A DNA stretch of 64,000 bases from Eledone cirrhosa (taxonomy: Eukaryota). The first letter of the stretch is position 1; every line of letters starts with the position of its first letter. The translations under genes and the position numbers were made by a program. Positions 51,341 through 64,000 of this stretch are shown here, piece after piece. Location of the stretch: the NCBI GenBank assembly GCA_964016885.1, contig OZ024751.1, positions 35,092,001 to 35,156,000 on the forward strand. The letters run 5' to 3'. The notes below the pieces were generated by a model. That model was not told the DNA's origin. It did not search any database and was given only the letters and a program-made list of their open reading frames with translations.

Positions 51341-52343
51341 TACATATATACATATATACATACATACACATATATACATATACACACATACACATACACA
51401 CATACATACACACATACATACATACACATACATTAGTATTCACACATACATATACATACCAGTACCCATACATATATATATATATATATCAGTATTTCGA
51501 GTACGGCCACTACATTATATTCATGTAGGAGAACCCCTACCGATGCGCTGAACGAGTGTGACTTTTTAGTCCAGCCAGCGACTTGAAAACTCTTGTACAA
51601 ACACTACACTTGTGATAATTATATATCTATCTATCTACCTACATATCTATCAATTATATATCTATCTACCTACATATCTATTTATGTATCTCAAAACCTT
51701 TTGCAACGTCTATCTTGAGATGTTAAACACCCTCTTACGCCATATCATACTTGTTTGCCAAGGGGAGATAATTACATGATTGACTTTGACACGTGCGTAC
51801 ACACCAAACAAACTTAGACACACCCACATACAGCAATGGTAGACGAACGGCGCTGAATTTGATTTTCGGTGAAAACGTAACAAGTTGTGTTTCATTGTTT
51901 GAACAAACGGACCACTATTATTTCTTCTGGAAACTTTTTTTTATTTATTCTTACCCTCCTTTCTCGTCCATGGGAGCAAATAAGACATTTATTTTACAAG
52001 AGAGTCACTTCAGAAAATTACGCTATCAATATTGATACAGCACATAATAGTGATAACCATTTCAATGCAACAACTTAAACAACAATAATATTAATGATAT
52101 AAGGAAAAAGTTCAGAGGAAATTTAACAGAAGAAAGAAGAAATGAATTAAGAGAGGAAACTAGAATTTCTCAATGAAGCAAGACGAGGAAGACAAAGGTA
52201 TGCTAAACATGTGTTTAATTAACATTACAAATTGTTCAGTTCTTTCAGAATGAAAATAAAAACACATAATACAATGTGTATAAAAATATCTCTATTTGAT
52301 TTCTAGCTTCGAAAAACTGTCAATTTATTTATGAAAATGCAAA

Positions 52344-52613
52344 GGAACGGTTGAACATCAGAGCAAAAGACAGCAGCGAGGGGTAAATTTTTCAGCCTGT
52401 GGGGAGTCGGGCCGCTGACTGCGAGGTTCCTCTCTTCACTGGCGGCTCGCCTAATAGAGGTAACTGGCGAGGGCGCTTGTTTCTTCCAGCACCCCAGCCT
52501 CGCCATCACTCGAGGTAACACTGCCAGTGTGCTGGCTTGCCTTAAAAATCATTAGAGAGGTTGCCCAGTACCCCTGGCTGCTGTCTTTTGCTCTGGTGTT
52601 GGCTCCGTTTTCC
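52344..52613. repeat. GC-rich island bounded by ~32-bp inverted repeats
   Basis: AACATCAGAGCAAAAGACAGCAGCGAGGGGTA (52354-52385) versus TACCCCTGGCTGCTGTCTTTTGCTCTGGTGTT (52569-52600). Confidence 0.85.
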
Positions 52614-53026
52614 ACCCCTTCAATTTATACTGTTACTTAAGCATTTGTAGTGTTATGTATATATTTAAAACATTTATGTTATTCTACTGTAAATTTATTT
52701 ATATTCTTTGTATATATCATATGTGTTTATATTTTCACTCCCATTTGTAACGTTATTTAATATATAATAAGTGTTTCTACTTTTGGCACAAGGCCGGCAA
52801 ATATTCAGTGTATTACTGGTACTTTATTTAATATATAATAACATTTCAAATTGTAAGATGTAAATAATTGTTCCAAATGTATTTAGTTGTTAACAAACTA
52901 TCAAATTTCTCTTTTATTCAGTTGTATAAATAACATTAGAAATCGTTTGCAATTCTTTCAGAATGAAAATATAAACAGAGCATATAAATAAATTTACAGT
53001 AGAATAACATAAATATGTTTTAAATA

Positions 53027-53085
53027 CAGTGGTACCTTGAGATACGAGTGAACCGACATACGATTTTTTTTTAGATACGAGCTAG
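53027..53085 (+). mobile_element. Tigger/pogo-like DNA transposon terminus
   Basis: TA|CAGTGGTACCTTGAGATACGAG... with repeated TACGA motifs; no partner end found. Confidence 0.55.
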
Positions 53086-53419
53086 CGCGTGCCTGCTGCT
53101 TGATTTTTACATGTTAATTTTCTGACATGCTTCATTTTTACACGAAAAAACATTGAATTTTTAGAATAAATATTTATTAAAATATTAACAGAGAAAATTA
53201 GATTTTTGATTTAATTTTTTAACAAAATAAATATTTATTTACAGTTTTTCACAGAAAAACTATGCTTCATTTTTACATGAATATTTATTTACAGTTTTTA
53301 ACAGAAAAAATATTGCTGCGAAATACATTTTTTTTTTTTTAACAGATTTACAGTTTTTAACAGAAAAAAAATTCTTTAAACACTATATTGTTGCGATATA
53401 CAGTAAATTTTTTTTACCG

Positions 53420-53710
53420 GTGCAATTTTATGCGTGATGTATGTAGTGAATGGGTTGAGCAAAATCCGGCGATACTCGGTGGTCTTGATTCTGCCGAGAC
53501 TGCTGCCTCTCATTGAAAGGCACTGTGCAAATGGATCTATGATCCATACAGATGAGTGGCGGGTATGCCTGGTCGTTATACACATCTCACTGTCAATCGT
53601 TCAAAGCATTTCGTTGATCCCATATCAAGTACACACACGCAAAATATTGAGGGGTGTACCAGCCGACCAATATTTCAGTCGTATTTAAGGGAGTTTCAGT
53701 GGCAATGTCA
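53420..53710 (+). mobile_element. Merlin (IS1016/ISXO2-like) transposase remnant
   Basis: CNFMRDVCSEWVEQNPAILGG, LLPLIERHCANGSMIHTDEW, YTHLTVNRSKHFVDP..THTQNIEG, SYLREFQW. Confidence 0.8.
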
Positions 53711-54339
53711 CGTATCCAACTGGTGAAGGTAAATGTTTCGAAAAAAATGTAGTTGTTCTAATGCAGTTTATATATAATATCGTCTATGCAAATGTTGGTA
53801 TTGTGAAGTGCGACGTAGTTCCACTACGCATTAAAACAAACATTTGCATACGAAATAATGTCAAACTGACCAATGGGAGGTTGCGTATGAATACATGGGC
53901 AGTCTCACTCTCTTGTTAAAAACCCGACACAGTTGACGCGTATCAGACAGACCGACACAGTTGACGCGTGAAGATGTATCTATAAAAAATGGTGACCTGG
54001 CTGTAAAGAATACATCCTTCACACACATAAAAAAAAATGTCGAGTTTACAATAACACAATATTTTGTTTGCACATGGCATTTTTGTCCAATGTGGCGACT
54101 CACCTCCTATTTCTTCATCACTTATTCCCGCGCTTTTACTTTGGCCAACATAAGCGCACTCTTTACTGTTTCAAGGATACTACGGACTTCAAAAGATTAT
54201 TTTTAAATGTTTTGTTCGCAACTATTTTGTTAAAGTTTACGAACGTCTTTGATGAACACCTTGGCGACTATACACCTACACAGCTCTTACGCTGATAACA
54301 TTTTGGAGTACTCCGGCAATTCGACCACTACTACGCCTT

Positions 54340-54580
54340 CACGACTTGCATGAAAACTAGGCAACAAACCTTTAAATATTCTGTTCCGAGGGACTTTCCT
54401 CGTGGACCCATGTTTTTGTCAGAAATGACGGTGAGAAGACCTCTCACTCCACCTTATTCTGGACCCTATCGTGTACTTGCACGTAGAGATAAACATTTCA
54501 CCTTTGACTTTAATGGACATAAAGACACACTCTATTGACAGACTAAAGCGGGCCTACACAGATGCTCTCACATCAGAGCC
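54340..54580 (+). mobile_element. Gypsy LTR retrotransposon integrase C-terminal (GPY/F) remnant
   Basis: RRPLTPPYSGPYRVLARRDKHF...SIDRLKRAY. Confidence 0.75.
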
Positions 54581-56829
54581 TCATACTCCCCTCTGCTACA
54601 ATGTGTCAATACAAGCACCACCGCAAACACCACAATCACATTCAAACACTCCTTTACTTTCAACATACATCAAACTGACCAATGGGAAGTTGCGTATGAC
54701 AGACCGAACTGACTTGCAGATGATACATCGCGCGAAAATTTATTGTAAAATGACTCCTACAATCCTTTTCGACAAATAAAATTATATTTATAGAGGAGTG
54801 AGCATTGAAGAGCTATTTATTTATATCCTGGAAGTCAGCAGCATTTACTACCGATAAGAAGCTACCAACTCTTCGATTAAGGTATTTCAATTATATCACT
54901 TATAACTAATATCCTTCGAAGACCTATAACAACAATGTAAAATCATATAGATAATATTTAGCCCCTCATCCTTATCTATAAATGCATCATTTATCACATA
55001 AGACAGTGTAACACAGTCTTCGTTCAACTAATGTGTATATTGTCAATTGCGATTTTATTTGACGTATCATATCTCCATGTATATATACTTGCGTATAATA
55101 TCAATATACACACTACACATGCTAGCAGAAAACCACTCGTAGTATATATATATATAGCGTAGAGTGTAGCTAGTGTATGTATGTATATATAAGTATGTAT
55201 GTATATATATGTGTGTGTAAAAATGTCAATAATGACCTTTTTTTTTTTTTTTTGACAAAAAACTTGAATTTAAGTTGTCATGTTTACCTTAATTAACATT
55301 TTAAAAGAAAAGTTGGTTATTTTGACATCCCCCCCCTCCCCAAACTAAAAACAAGACATAAAAATTTAAATTTAAGTTTTAATTGTAAAAGTAACATTAT
55401 CATATTTTAGTTCCTTGAGTTCCTTAAGTGCGTATTTCAGCTCGTATTCCCCATTTTCTAAACACAATGCTTTTGCAACCGAATCTTCACTCATTGAATT
55501 CTGTATTCGTAGACCTGACTTTTCCCAGCAATTTACAATTCTCTTTTACAACCGAATCCCATGCCTGGACTGACCAAAAATACCATGCAATAACTGTTTT
55601 TACTTTTGCCAGCAATTATTCCAGTGCATCACTGGTACTTTATTTATCGACCCTATAAGGATGAAAGGCCAAGTTGAACTCGGAAAATAAAGGGGCGTAA
55701 CTCATGACGTTCCTTTTAAATTGACACTTTCACATCTTTATTAACCAACTTTATTAATAAAAATCGTATTGTAGTTGCTTTTGAATGACCAAATTATTCC
55801 TTGGTCTAAAGGTTGTAATTTTGTAGTTGTGTTCGAGGGTAGAAAAAAAAAAGTTTTATATTTTAAAAGCTTTGTTTGTGGCATGCTGCATTATCAAGGA
55901 GCAATAATACTTTTCTCTATTGTTTAAAAAATTCGTAATTGATTTCTTTTAGGTAAAATGAAAATATATTGTCTGTCATCCATCCGTAATGTTCTTTTTA
56001 TAATAAAATTCCTGTTTAGAAATGTCAATATTCTTGAAACAACGAGGTTTAAGGCTTTTTTCAGTAAAAAGGGGTTTAAACTTTTCACCAGTTGCACTAC
56101 ATGTGAATAGTACTGTAATTCTCTTTTGATTCCTCTAATTTTGTATTATCATCGTTAAGAAAAACATAACTTTTAGTCCCTCTCCTTATTCCTACCCTTT
56201 GTCTCATCCTCGAATCCATATTCTCAGTCCCTGTCTCCTATTCCTTATCTCTCTATCTCTTACTTTTTATTATTTATTTAATCCTTTGATATTTTATTAT
56301 ACAACTTGCCTTTTTATTTTGCTGAAACATATATCGTATTCCTTTTCATGTTATTGTTATCATTATTGTCATCACTATTTTACACATCCACTTACACTAT
56401 AACTTCTACTATTATCAGAAACCGTATTTTGTACTTATTTTTTATATCGTCATTCTTTCTTCTTTATACTTTTATTATTGTTTATCTTTTATTATTGATG
56501 TTTTCGTTTTCATTCACTCGATTCTCTGATGTATCTATAAATGCTAATGCCATGTGTTACACCCTCCAGTATTCCGATGATTTTATCAGAGCCACACACT
56601 GTATTTAAGGTCGAGTGATTAGCGACTTTTAGACTCACCTGTTCAATGAAACAATTGTTAGTACTGTAAATAAAACCCTTTTTATACAGCCGACCATCTT
56701 ACTCTTCATTCTTTCACTACTATTACTCCAAGATCGACCTGCATGGGAATTATTGCAAACTCGCTACCTAAGTAAGGAAACCTCTCACTGGATTACCTAA
56801 AACGATAACTTGTTATCCCATGTGTATAT

Positions 56830-57363
56830 ATCATCATCATCGTTTAAAGTCTATCTTCCACGCTAGCATGGGTTTAGACGGGAGATGTCCCACTTGAGGC
56901 AAGATTGGTTTTTCTCGCTCGTATAGGACTGTCTGGCAGGTTTTCTACGGTTGGGTGCCCTTCCTAACACCAACCACGTTTAGTGTGGACTGGGAGGTTT
57001 TTACCGTGTTACCTACACGGGCACATTACAGCGTGGAGATTTTTTTTTTTTTTTTTTTTTTTTTTGTCGTGACATCTACACGACCTCATTTATTTAGGGC
57101 TGGATGTTGTGGTACCAACATAACTTTACAGAGAGAGGTTGGAGGAGAGGGTAGTGGGATGCGGGTGTATTTTTGGTTAAGAGGTGCGTACTGACGAGGT
57201 TTCGCGTTGTACATAGACAAATCAGGTCTTCTGTATTACTGCGTAGTGCCAAAGATCTCTGTCCAGTGACATTGTCTTGGAGAGATGTATGTAAGGTCGG
57301 AATTTATCAGATCGTCCCAGGTTTTTCTGGGTCTGCCTACTCCGTAACTTCCATCAATTTTGA
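56830..57363 (-). mobile_element. RTE 3' end fragment
   Basis: Reverse complement resembles 50810-51340; (GAT)n tail. Confidence 0.9.
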
Positions 57364-57549
57364 TATATATATATGTGTGTGTGTATATATTTGTCCTGGG
57401 TATGACATTAAACTACATCCAGTGGCAAGGCTCAAGTTCAGGAGGAACTGTGGGGAACGTGGAGTTACCCCCTTAGTTGTCATAACTCCCAGGTCTGCTC
57501 TGGCCTGGTGTAGTAGTACCTGTTAGGGCCCCTTTTATAGGTTAAATAA

Positions 57550-58061
57550 TAAGATGACAGATCGGGGTACCCCTATCAAAGGCCTTCTCTAGGTCAACAA
57601 AGGCTAAGTATAGTGGCTTATTTTTCTCTAAGAACCTCTCTTGTAATTGTCTCATCAAGAAGAGGGCATCTGTTGTACTATTCCCAGGCACAAAACCAAA
57701 CTGCATCTCATCTAGTTTGACCCTTTCTCTAATTAGTTGTGCTAATATCCTTTCTGCCACTTTCATAACCTGATCCATCAGTTTTATACCCCTATAATTT
57801 CTCCTCTCAAGAGCATCCCCTTTACTTTTGCACTAGTCTTTGGGTATGACACTGCCATATATAGCCTGATTGATGTGTGCAACCAGTTTAGTGCCTACGT
57901 CCCCTGAGGCCTTCAGCATCTCAACAACTATCTCCGATGGTCCAGCAGCCTCACCATTTTTCATTTCCTTAATTGCCTCTTGGACCCTATATTCGTCAAT
58001 CTCAATAGCTGGTTCTTCTGTCTGATCTACTGAGGGTAATTTCTCTCTCTCCCATGTATAT

Positions 58062-58108
<47 letters not shown>

Positions 58109-59665
58109 TGAAATATTTGTAAATGTCTGAGAGATTGGCTAAATGTTTTACAGTGTACTGTGCCACTAAACTGCACCATACTAAATCACACTACACTACA
58201 CTGCACTGTACTGTTCACGCTAACGCTACTGTTTTCTATTTTGCAGTTATGATCAGTAAGAGAAAGGAAGTTATTTCAACAAAAGCTAAGTATAGTGGCT
58301 TCTAATAACCTCTCTTGTAGTTGTCTCGCTAAGAGGGTATCTGTTGCACTTTTCCCAGGCACATAACCAAACTGCATCGCATCTAGTTGCACCCTTTCTA
58401 TAATTAGTTGCGCTAATATCCTTTCTGCCACTTTCACAACCTGATCCATCAGCTTTATTCCTCTATAATTGCTCATGTCCAGAGCATCTCCTTTACCTTT
58501 GTAGCAATTTACGAGAATATTGCTGCAGCAGTCTTTGAGTACAAAACCGACATATATAGCCTGATTTGATGAAGCGTGCAACCAGTTGAGTGCCTATGTC
58601 CCCTGATGCCTGCAGCATCTCGGCAACTATTCCTGACGGTCCAGCGGCCTTACCATTATTCATTTCCTTAATCGCCTCTTAGACCATATATTCGTCAATC
58701 TGAATAGCTGATCCCTCTGTCGGATGTACTGGGGGGGTAATTTCTCTCTTTCTCACATTGGGTCTCCACATTCATCAGTCTCTCTTAATGACATTTCCAG
58801 GCCTTTTTTTTCTGACCATCCGTAAAACTAAGTACGCCGGCATCATTAAGCAGACAAACTTAATCTCGATTTGCACTGACACACAGCCTCGCAATACGGA
58901 ACACGGCGCGTCTTTGATCTTCTTGTCGAGCAGCCTCCTTGCGTGCTAAGTACACCTAACCTCTAGCTTCTCTCTTAGCGGCTGTATATTCTTCTCTACT
59001 CGCACTAATTTTGCAAGCATTCCATGCTAGTCTTTAGTCTCCAATGGCCCGATCTACCGTGCTGTCCCACCACCATGTCACTCTCTGTCTGGTTGGAACT
59101 CTGATCCAGCCACAAGTTTCATCAGTAACCTGCAGTAAGGTATCGCATAAGAAATTCCAGTTATCATCTATGTTGTACGACTCTAAATCGTCTTCTTTTT
59201 CATCATACACGTATTGAAGGGCTTTCCTAAATTTGTATTTTAGTGAGAGCTCTTTTAGCTTCCAGACCTTTCTTTTTTCCACACCTTCCTGTATGTCTCA
59301 TTCAGTCTCTTGCTTGGGGTACATTCTTCCCCGGGGTATGCCTTTGTATTTGACACCATCTGCCTGTCCCGCTGCCTCACTAGCAAGAAGTCAATCTGGC
59401 TTATGTGCTTGCCTGATTTGTAGGTTATTAGGTGGTTGGCAGATTTGTGTAAGTTAGTGTTGTAGATGGTTAGTGCAATTGCATCGCAAAATTCAAGAAG
59501 TTTCACTGCTTCATTTCTTAAGCCGTAAGTGTGCCCAACACGTACCTCGGTGTAACCATCGTAGAGCTGTCCAACATGACCATTGAAATCCCCTGCTAGC
59601 ATAACGATGTCTCCGTCCTGTCATTGTGGCTGTTTGTAAAAATTGCTTGTAAATGCAGAATTTCT
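57550..59665 (-). mobile_element. Two adjacent decayed RTE fragments (57550-58055, 58275-59665); duplicated at 60810-61315 and 62475-63290
   Basis: DEMQFGFVPG, NYRGIKLMDQ, RVTWWW, GDFNGHVG. Confidence 0.9.
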
Positions 59666-59794
59666 TTTCTTTACCTAGCAGCAGTTTCTTGCTCTCAATT
59701 AACCCTAAAACTAGCCGTAACGCTAACAGTAACACTAACCGTAACACTAACTTATGCAGGCCTAGGTAAAGACGAGAAAGATAAAACAAGGAGT

Positions 59795-59990
59795 GATGCT
59801 ATTTGAATTTTGTGATGCAAGTGTTTTAACCATTTGCAAAACCAACTTCCGCAAACCTGCCAACTGCCTAATAACCTACGAATTAGGCAAGCACAGAAGC
59901 CGGATTTCTCGGTAGTTAGGCAGCGAGACAGACAGATGGTGTGAAGTACCAGGGTGTGCCCCGGGGAGGACTGTTTCCCACAGCGTGGGT
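59795..59990 (+). mobile_element. RTE endonuclease fragment, inverted relative to its neighbour; duplicated at ~63423-63618
   Basis: LFEFCDASVLTICKTNFRKPANCLITY. Confidence 0.7.
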
Positions 59991-60121
59991 TGGTTGTTGG
60001 TGATGTCTCGGTGATCCTGAGACGGAGTGAGAAGTGTAGGTAAATAGATAGACTGATGCACAGATATCTGGATAGATTGATAGAGAGATAGATATATAGA
60101 GAGCATCATTATCATCGTCTG

Positions 60122-60572
60122 TTCATCATTTTACGTCCGCTTTTCCCTGCTTGAAAGGGTGGGACAGGTCCTCTTGAGCAAAGCATCTCTTCACTTGTCA
60201 CAGTCCTTCGTCATCTCCTTGGTGAGTTTCAGCGATCTGAAGTCGGCTCTCACCACCTCCACCCATGTTTTTCGTGGTCTTCCTCTACTGCGTCTCCCTT
60301 CTTTACCCAGCGCTCAACCTCCATGCGCATCACATGCCCATACCATCTCAGTCCTCTCTTGCACACCACAACTTATCCCTCTTAAACACAGTTTCTCTCT
60401 CAACTCGTTTATGCTTGGTCGTTCCCGCACATTGACATTGCACATCCAACGGAGCGTGCTTGCTTCATTTCTCTCCAGCCATCGCATACCCTCTGCAGTT
60501 GCTGTCCATGTCTCACTACCATGCAGGGTCGCACATCTCGCATAGGCATCATGTAACCACACTTTCGTACGC
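60122..60572 (-). mobile_element. RTE 3' end fragment; duplicated at 63750-64000
   Basis: LHGSETW...LERNE...LRWMC, tail AAAAGCGGACGTAAAATGATG. Confidence 0.9.
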
Positions 60573-63500
60573 ATATATATATTTGTATATATGTATATAT
60601 ATATATATATATATGTGTGTATGTATATATATATATGTATGTATATATTTGTCCTGGGTATGACATTAAACTACATCCAGTGGCAAGGCTCAAGTTCAGG
60701 AGGAACTGTGGGGAACGTGGAGTTACCCCCTTAGTTGTCATAACTCCCAGGTCTGCTCTGGCCTGGTGTAGTAGTACCTGTTGGGGCCCCATTTATAGGT
60801 TAAATAATAAGATGACAGATCGGCGTACCCTATCAAAGGCCTTCTCTAGGTCAACAAAGGCAAAGTATAGTGGCTTATTTTTCTCTAAGAACCTCTCTTG
60901 TAATTGTCTCATCAAGAAGAGGGCATCTGTTGTACTATTCCCAGGCACAAAACCAAACTGCATCTCATCTAGTTTGACCCTTTCTCTAATTAGTTGTGCT
61001 AATATCCTTTCTGCCACTTTCATAACCTGATCCATCAGTTTTATATCCCTATAATTTCTCCTCTCAAGAGCGTCCCCTTTACTTTTGCACTAGTCTTTGG
61101 GTATGACACTGCCATATATAGCCTGATTGATGATGTGTGCAACCAGTTTAGTGCCTACGTCCCCTGAGGCCTTCAGCATCTCAGCAACTATCTCCGATGG
61201 TCCAGCAGCCTCACCATTTTTCATTTCCTTAATCGCCTCTTGGACCCTATATTCGTCAATCTCAATAGCTGGTCCCTCTGTCTGATCTACTGAGGGTAAT
61301 TTCTCTCTCTCCCATATATATATATATATCTTGAAAGATTTGTAAATGTCTGAGAGATTGGCTAAATGTTTTACAGTGTACTGTGCCACTAAACTGCACC
61401 ATACTAAATTACACTGCACTGCACTGCACTGCACTGTTCACGCTAACGCTAGTGTTTTGTGTTTTGCAGGTATGACCAGTAAGAGCGAGGAAGTTATTTC
61501 AAAGGATTTTCGTAATTAAACACTTTTTTTACCATTATTTTAAGGTATTATCTCGGTTTTTTTTTTTTTTTTTTTTTTTTTTAAATGGACCTCTTGATAA
61601 GACGAAATGACCTGTATAATTTTTTTTTCATATTTAGATGGAATAGAAGAAAAAGAAGAGAAATGAAAGCAATGAAATTAAGTTTTAGAGAAAATATACG
61701 CCAACGACAATGGAGGTATGATTTCAGTTTAATCTTAACCTAATGACCACTTTACAGAGTGTACTGGGTGTTTTACCTCGCTATGTTTACTGTAAACCCT
61801 AGATAACGAATGCCTTGTTGAGTGTTGTGAATTGTGAACATGAGGTTGTGTTGTGGGGTTGCTTGGTGAGGTTGCATAAGAAGGGTGTTGTGAGTTTGCA
61901 TTATGATGTAGCTTTGTGAGGCTTTGTTGTGAATTGATAAATATTTGAAAACACACCTCTGTCCCCTCAACAGTCAGTCAGTCATTTTCTACTAAAACTC
62001 ATTGATGCGAGTCCCTAGCATTGTATCTGTAAGTACATTATGACTATTTTCTCTTGGTGGACTTGACATTCAAAGATATTTGTATATATTTTGTTGATGT
62101 TGTTTGTTAGTTAGGAAATTGCTTAAAAGCTACTTTGATCACAGCACTTTGTAAAGGCAACATATGTTTAAGATTCTTTTTTTCTTTTATTTTTGTTATT
62201 CAGATGACAGAGAAGGCAAAGAAAGGCACAGAAGAAAAGAACAATGACGATTATTATTATTATTATTACTATTATTATTTGTTTTATTATAATCAAAATA
62301 TGCTGTTAGTTTGCCTGCTATCCCACTACGTGCCTGCTATCGCACTCGATCTTTTGTGTACGTTTTATATAATTTATGCCAGTTCCGTTTCTGCATATCG
62401 AACATGGCCATTTCCCTGACGGAATAGAGTTTTGTCCTCTTTTCTACTCATCAACACTCATTCGTGACACAAAGTACAGCGGCATCATTGCGGACAGACT
62501 TAATCCCGATTTGCACTGACACACTGCCTTGCAGTACGGAACAGCGCACGTCGTCGAGCAGCCTCCTTGCATGCTAAGTACACCTGACATCTAGCTTCTC
62601 TCTTAGCGGCTGTATATTCTTCTCTACTCGCACTAATTTTGCAAGCATTCCATGCTAGTCTTTAGTCTCCAATGGCCCGATCTACCGTGCTGTCCCACCA
62701 CCATGTCACTCTCTGTCTGGTTGGAACTCTGATCCAGCCACAAGTTTCATCAGTAACCTGCAGTAAGGTATCGGATAAGAAATTCCAGTTATCATCTATG
62801 TTGTACGACTCTAAATCGTCTTCTTTTTCATCATACACATATTGAAGGGCTTTCCTAAATTTGTATTTTAGTGAGAGCTCTTTTAGCTTCCAGACCTTTC
62901 TTTTTTCCACACCTTCCTGTATGTCTCATTCAGTCTCTTGCTTGGGGTACATTCTTCCCCGGGGTATGCCTTTGTATTTGACACCATCTGCCTGTCCCGC
63001 TGCCTCACTAGCAAGAAGTCAATCTGGCTTATGTGCTTGCCTGATTTGTAGGTTATTAGGTGGTTGGCAGATTTGTGTAAGTTAGTGTTGTAGATGGTTA
63101 GTGCAATTGCATCGCAAAATTCAAGAAGTTTCACTGCTTCATTTCTTAAGCCGTAAGTGTGCCCAACACGTACCTCGGTGTAACCATCGTAGAGCTGTCC
63201 AACATGACCATTGAAATCCCCTGCTAGCATAACGATGTCTCCGTCCTGTCATTGTGGCTGTTTGTAAAAATTGCTTGTAAATGCAGAATTTCTTTTCTTT
63301 ACCTAGCAGCAGTTTCTTGCTCTCAATTAACCCTAAAACTAGCCGTAACGCTAACAGTAACACTAACCGTAACACTAACTTATGCAGGCCTAGGTAAAGA
63401 CGAGAAAGATAAAACAAGGAGTGATGCTATTTGAATTTTGTGATGCAAGTGTTTTAACCATTTGCAAAACCAACTTCCGCAAACCTGCCAACTGCCTAAT

Positions 63501-64000
63501 AACCTACGAATTAGGCAAGCACAGAAGCCGGATTTCTCGGTAGTTAGGCAGCGAGACAGACAGATGGTGTGAAGTAGCAGGGTGTGCCCCGGGGAGGACT
63601 GTTTCCCACAGCGTGGGTTGGTTGTTGGTGATGTCTCGGTGATCCTGAGACGGAGTGAGAAGTGTAGGTAAATAGATAGACTGATGCACAGATATCTGGA
63701 TAGATTGATAGAGAGATAGATATATAGAGAGCATCATTATCATCGTCTGTTCATCATTTTACGTCCGCTTTTCCCTGCTTGAAAGGGTGGGACAGGTCCT
63801 CTTGAGCAAAGCATCTCTTCACTTGTCACAGTCCTTCGTCATCTCCTTGGTGAGTTTCAGCGATCTGAAGTCGGCTCTCACCACCTCCACCCATGTTTTT
63901 CGTGGTCTTCCTCTACTGCGTCTCCCTTCTTTACCCAGCGCTCAACCTCCATGCGCATCACATGCCCATACCATCTCAGTCCTCTCTTGCACACCACAAC

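Larger units (their letters stand above)
57365..64000. repeat. Second tandem/segmental duplication: ~57365-58280 matches ~60600-61505, and ~58830-60375 matches ~62475-64000
   Basis: Near-identical ORFs at offsets 3251 (57542/60793) and 3628 (59034/62662). Confidence 0.93.

Noticed and set aside
52514-52560. Twister ribozyme (TAACACTGCCA match)
   Set aside because: Lacks the P4 loop and both pseudoknot partners

Overview
Eukaryotic, gene-free, repeat-saturated DNA. The CORE-type tRNA-SINE, RTE LINE families and huge (CATA)n/(TA)n tracts point to a coleoid cephalopod, probably Octopus (inference). No host protein-coding gene is supported; most ORFs in the track are microsatellite read-throughs or retroelement antisense frames. 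The left ~37 kb is a tandem array of a ~5.9-kb composite unit in five copies (1-5953, 5954-11833, 11834-17402 truncated, 22372-27537 5'-truncated, 27538-36523 plus a partial sixth start). Each unit carries a SINE, (CATA)n, an internally deleted RTE derivative, a ~55-bp direct repeat / 70-nt hairpin module, a tRNA-like putative Pol III unit with its own T5 terminator, a short hyper-divergent patch with structure-preserving changes, and a 5'-truncated decayed CRE-clade retrotransposon (RT + zinc knuckle + restriction-like endonuclease). Copy 5 contains a young RTE insertion with an uninterrupted ORF and a 5-bp TSD. RTE ORFs here carry a PHD-type C4HC3 finger inside the RT. The rest is RTE, CR1, Helitron, Merlin, Tigger, Gypsy and MITE debris, two foldback structures and a second ~3.3-3.6-kb duplication. 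The best candidates for something undescribed are the non-TE core of the 5.9-kb unit and the two foldbacks. All are sequence-level hypotheses.
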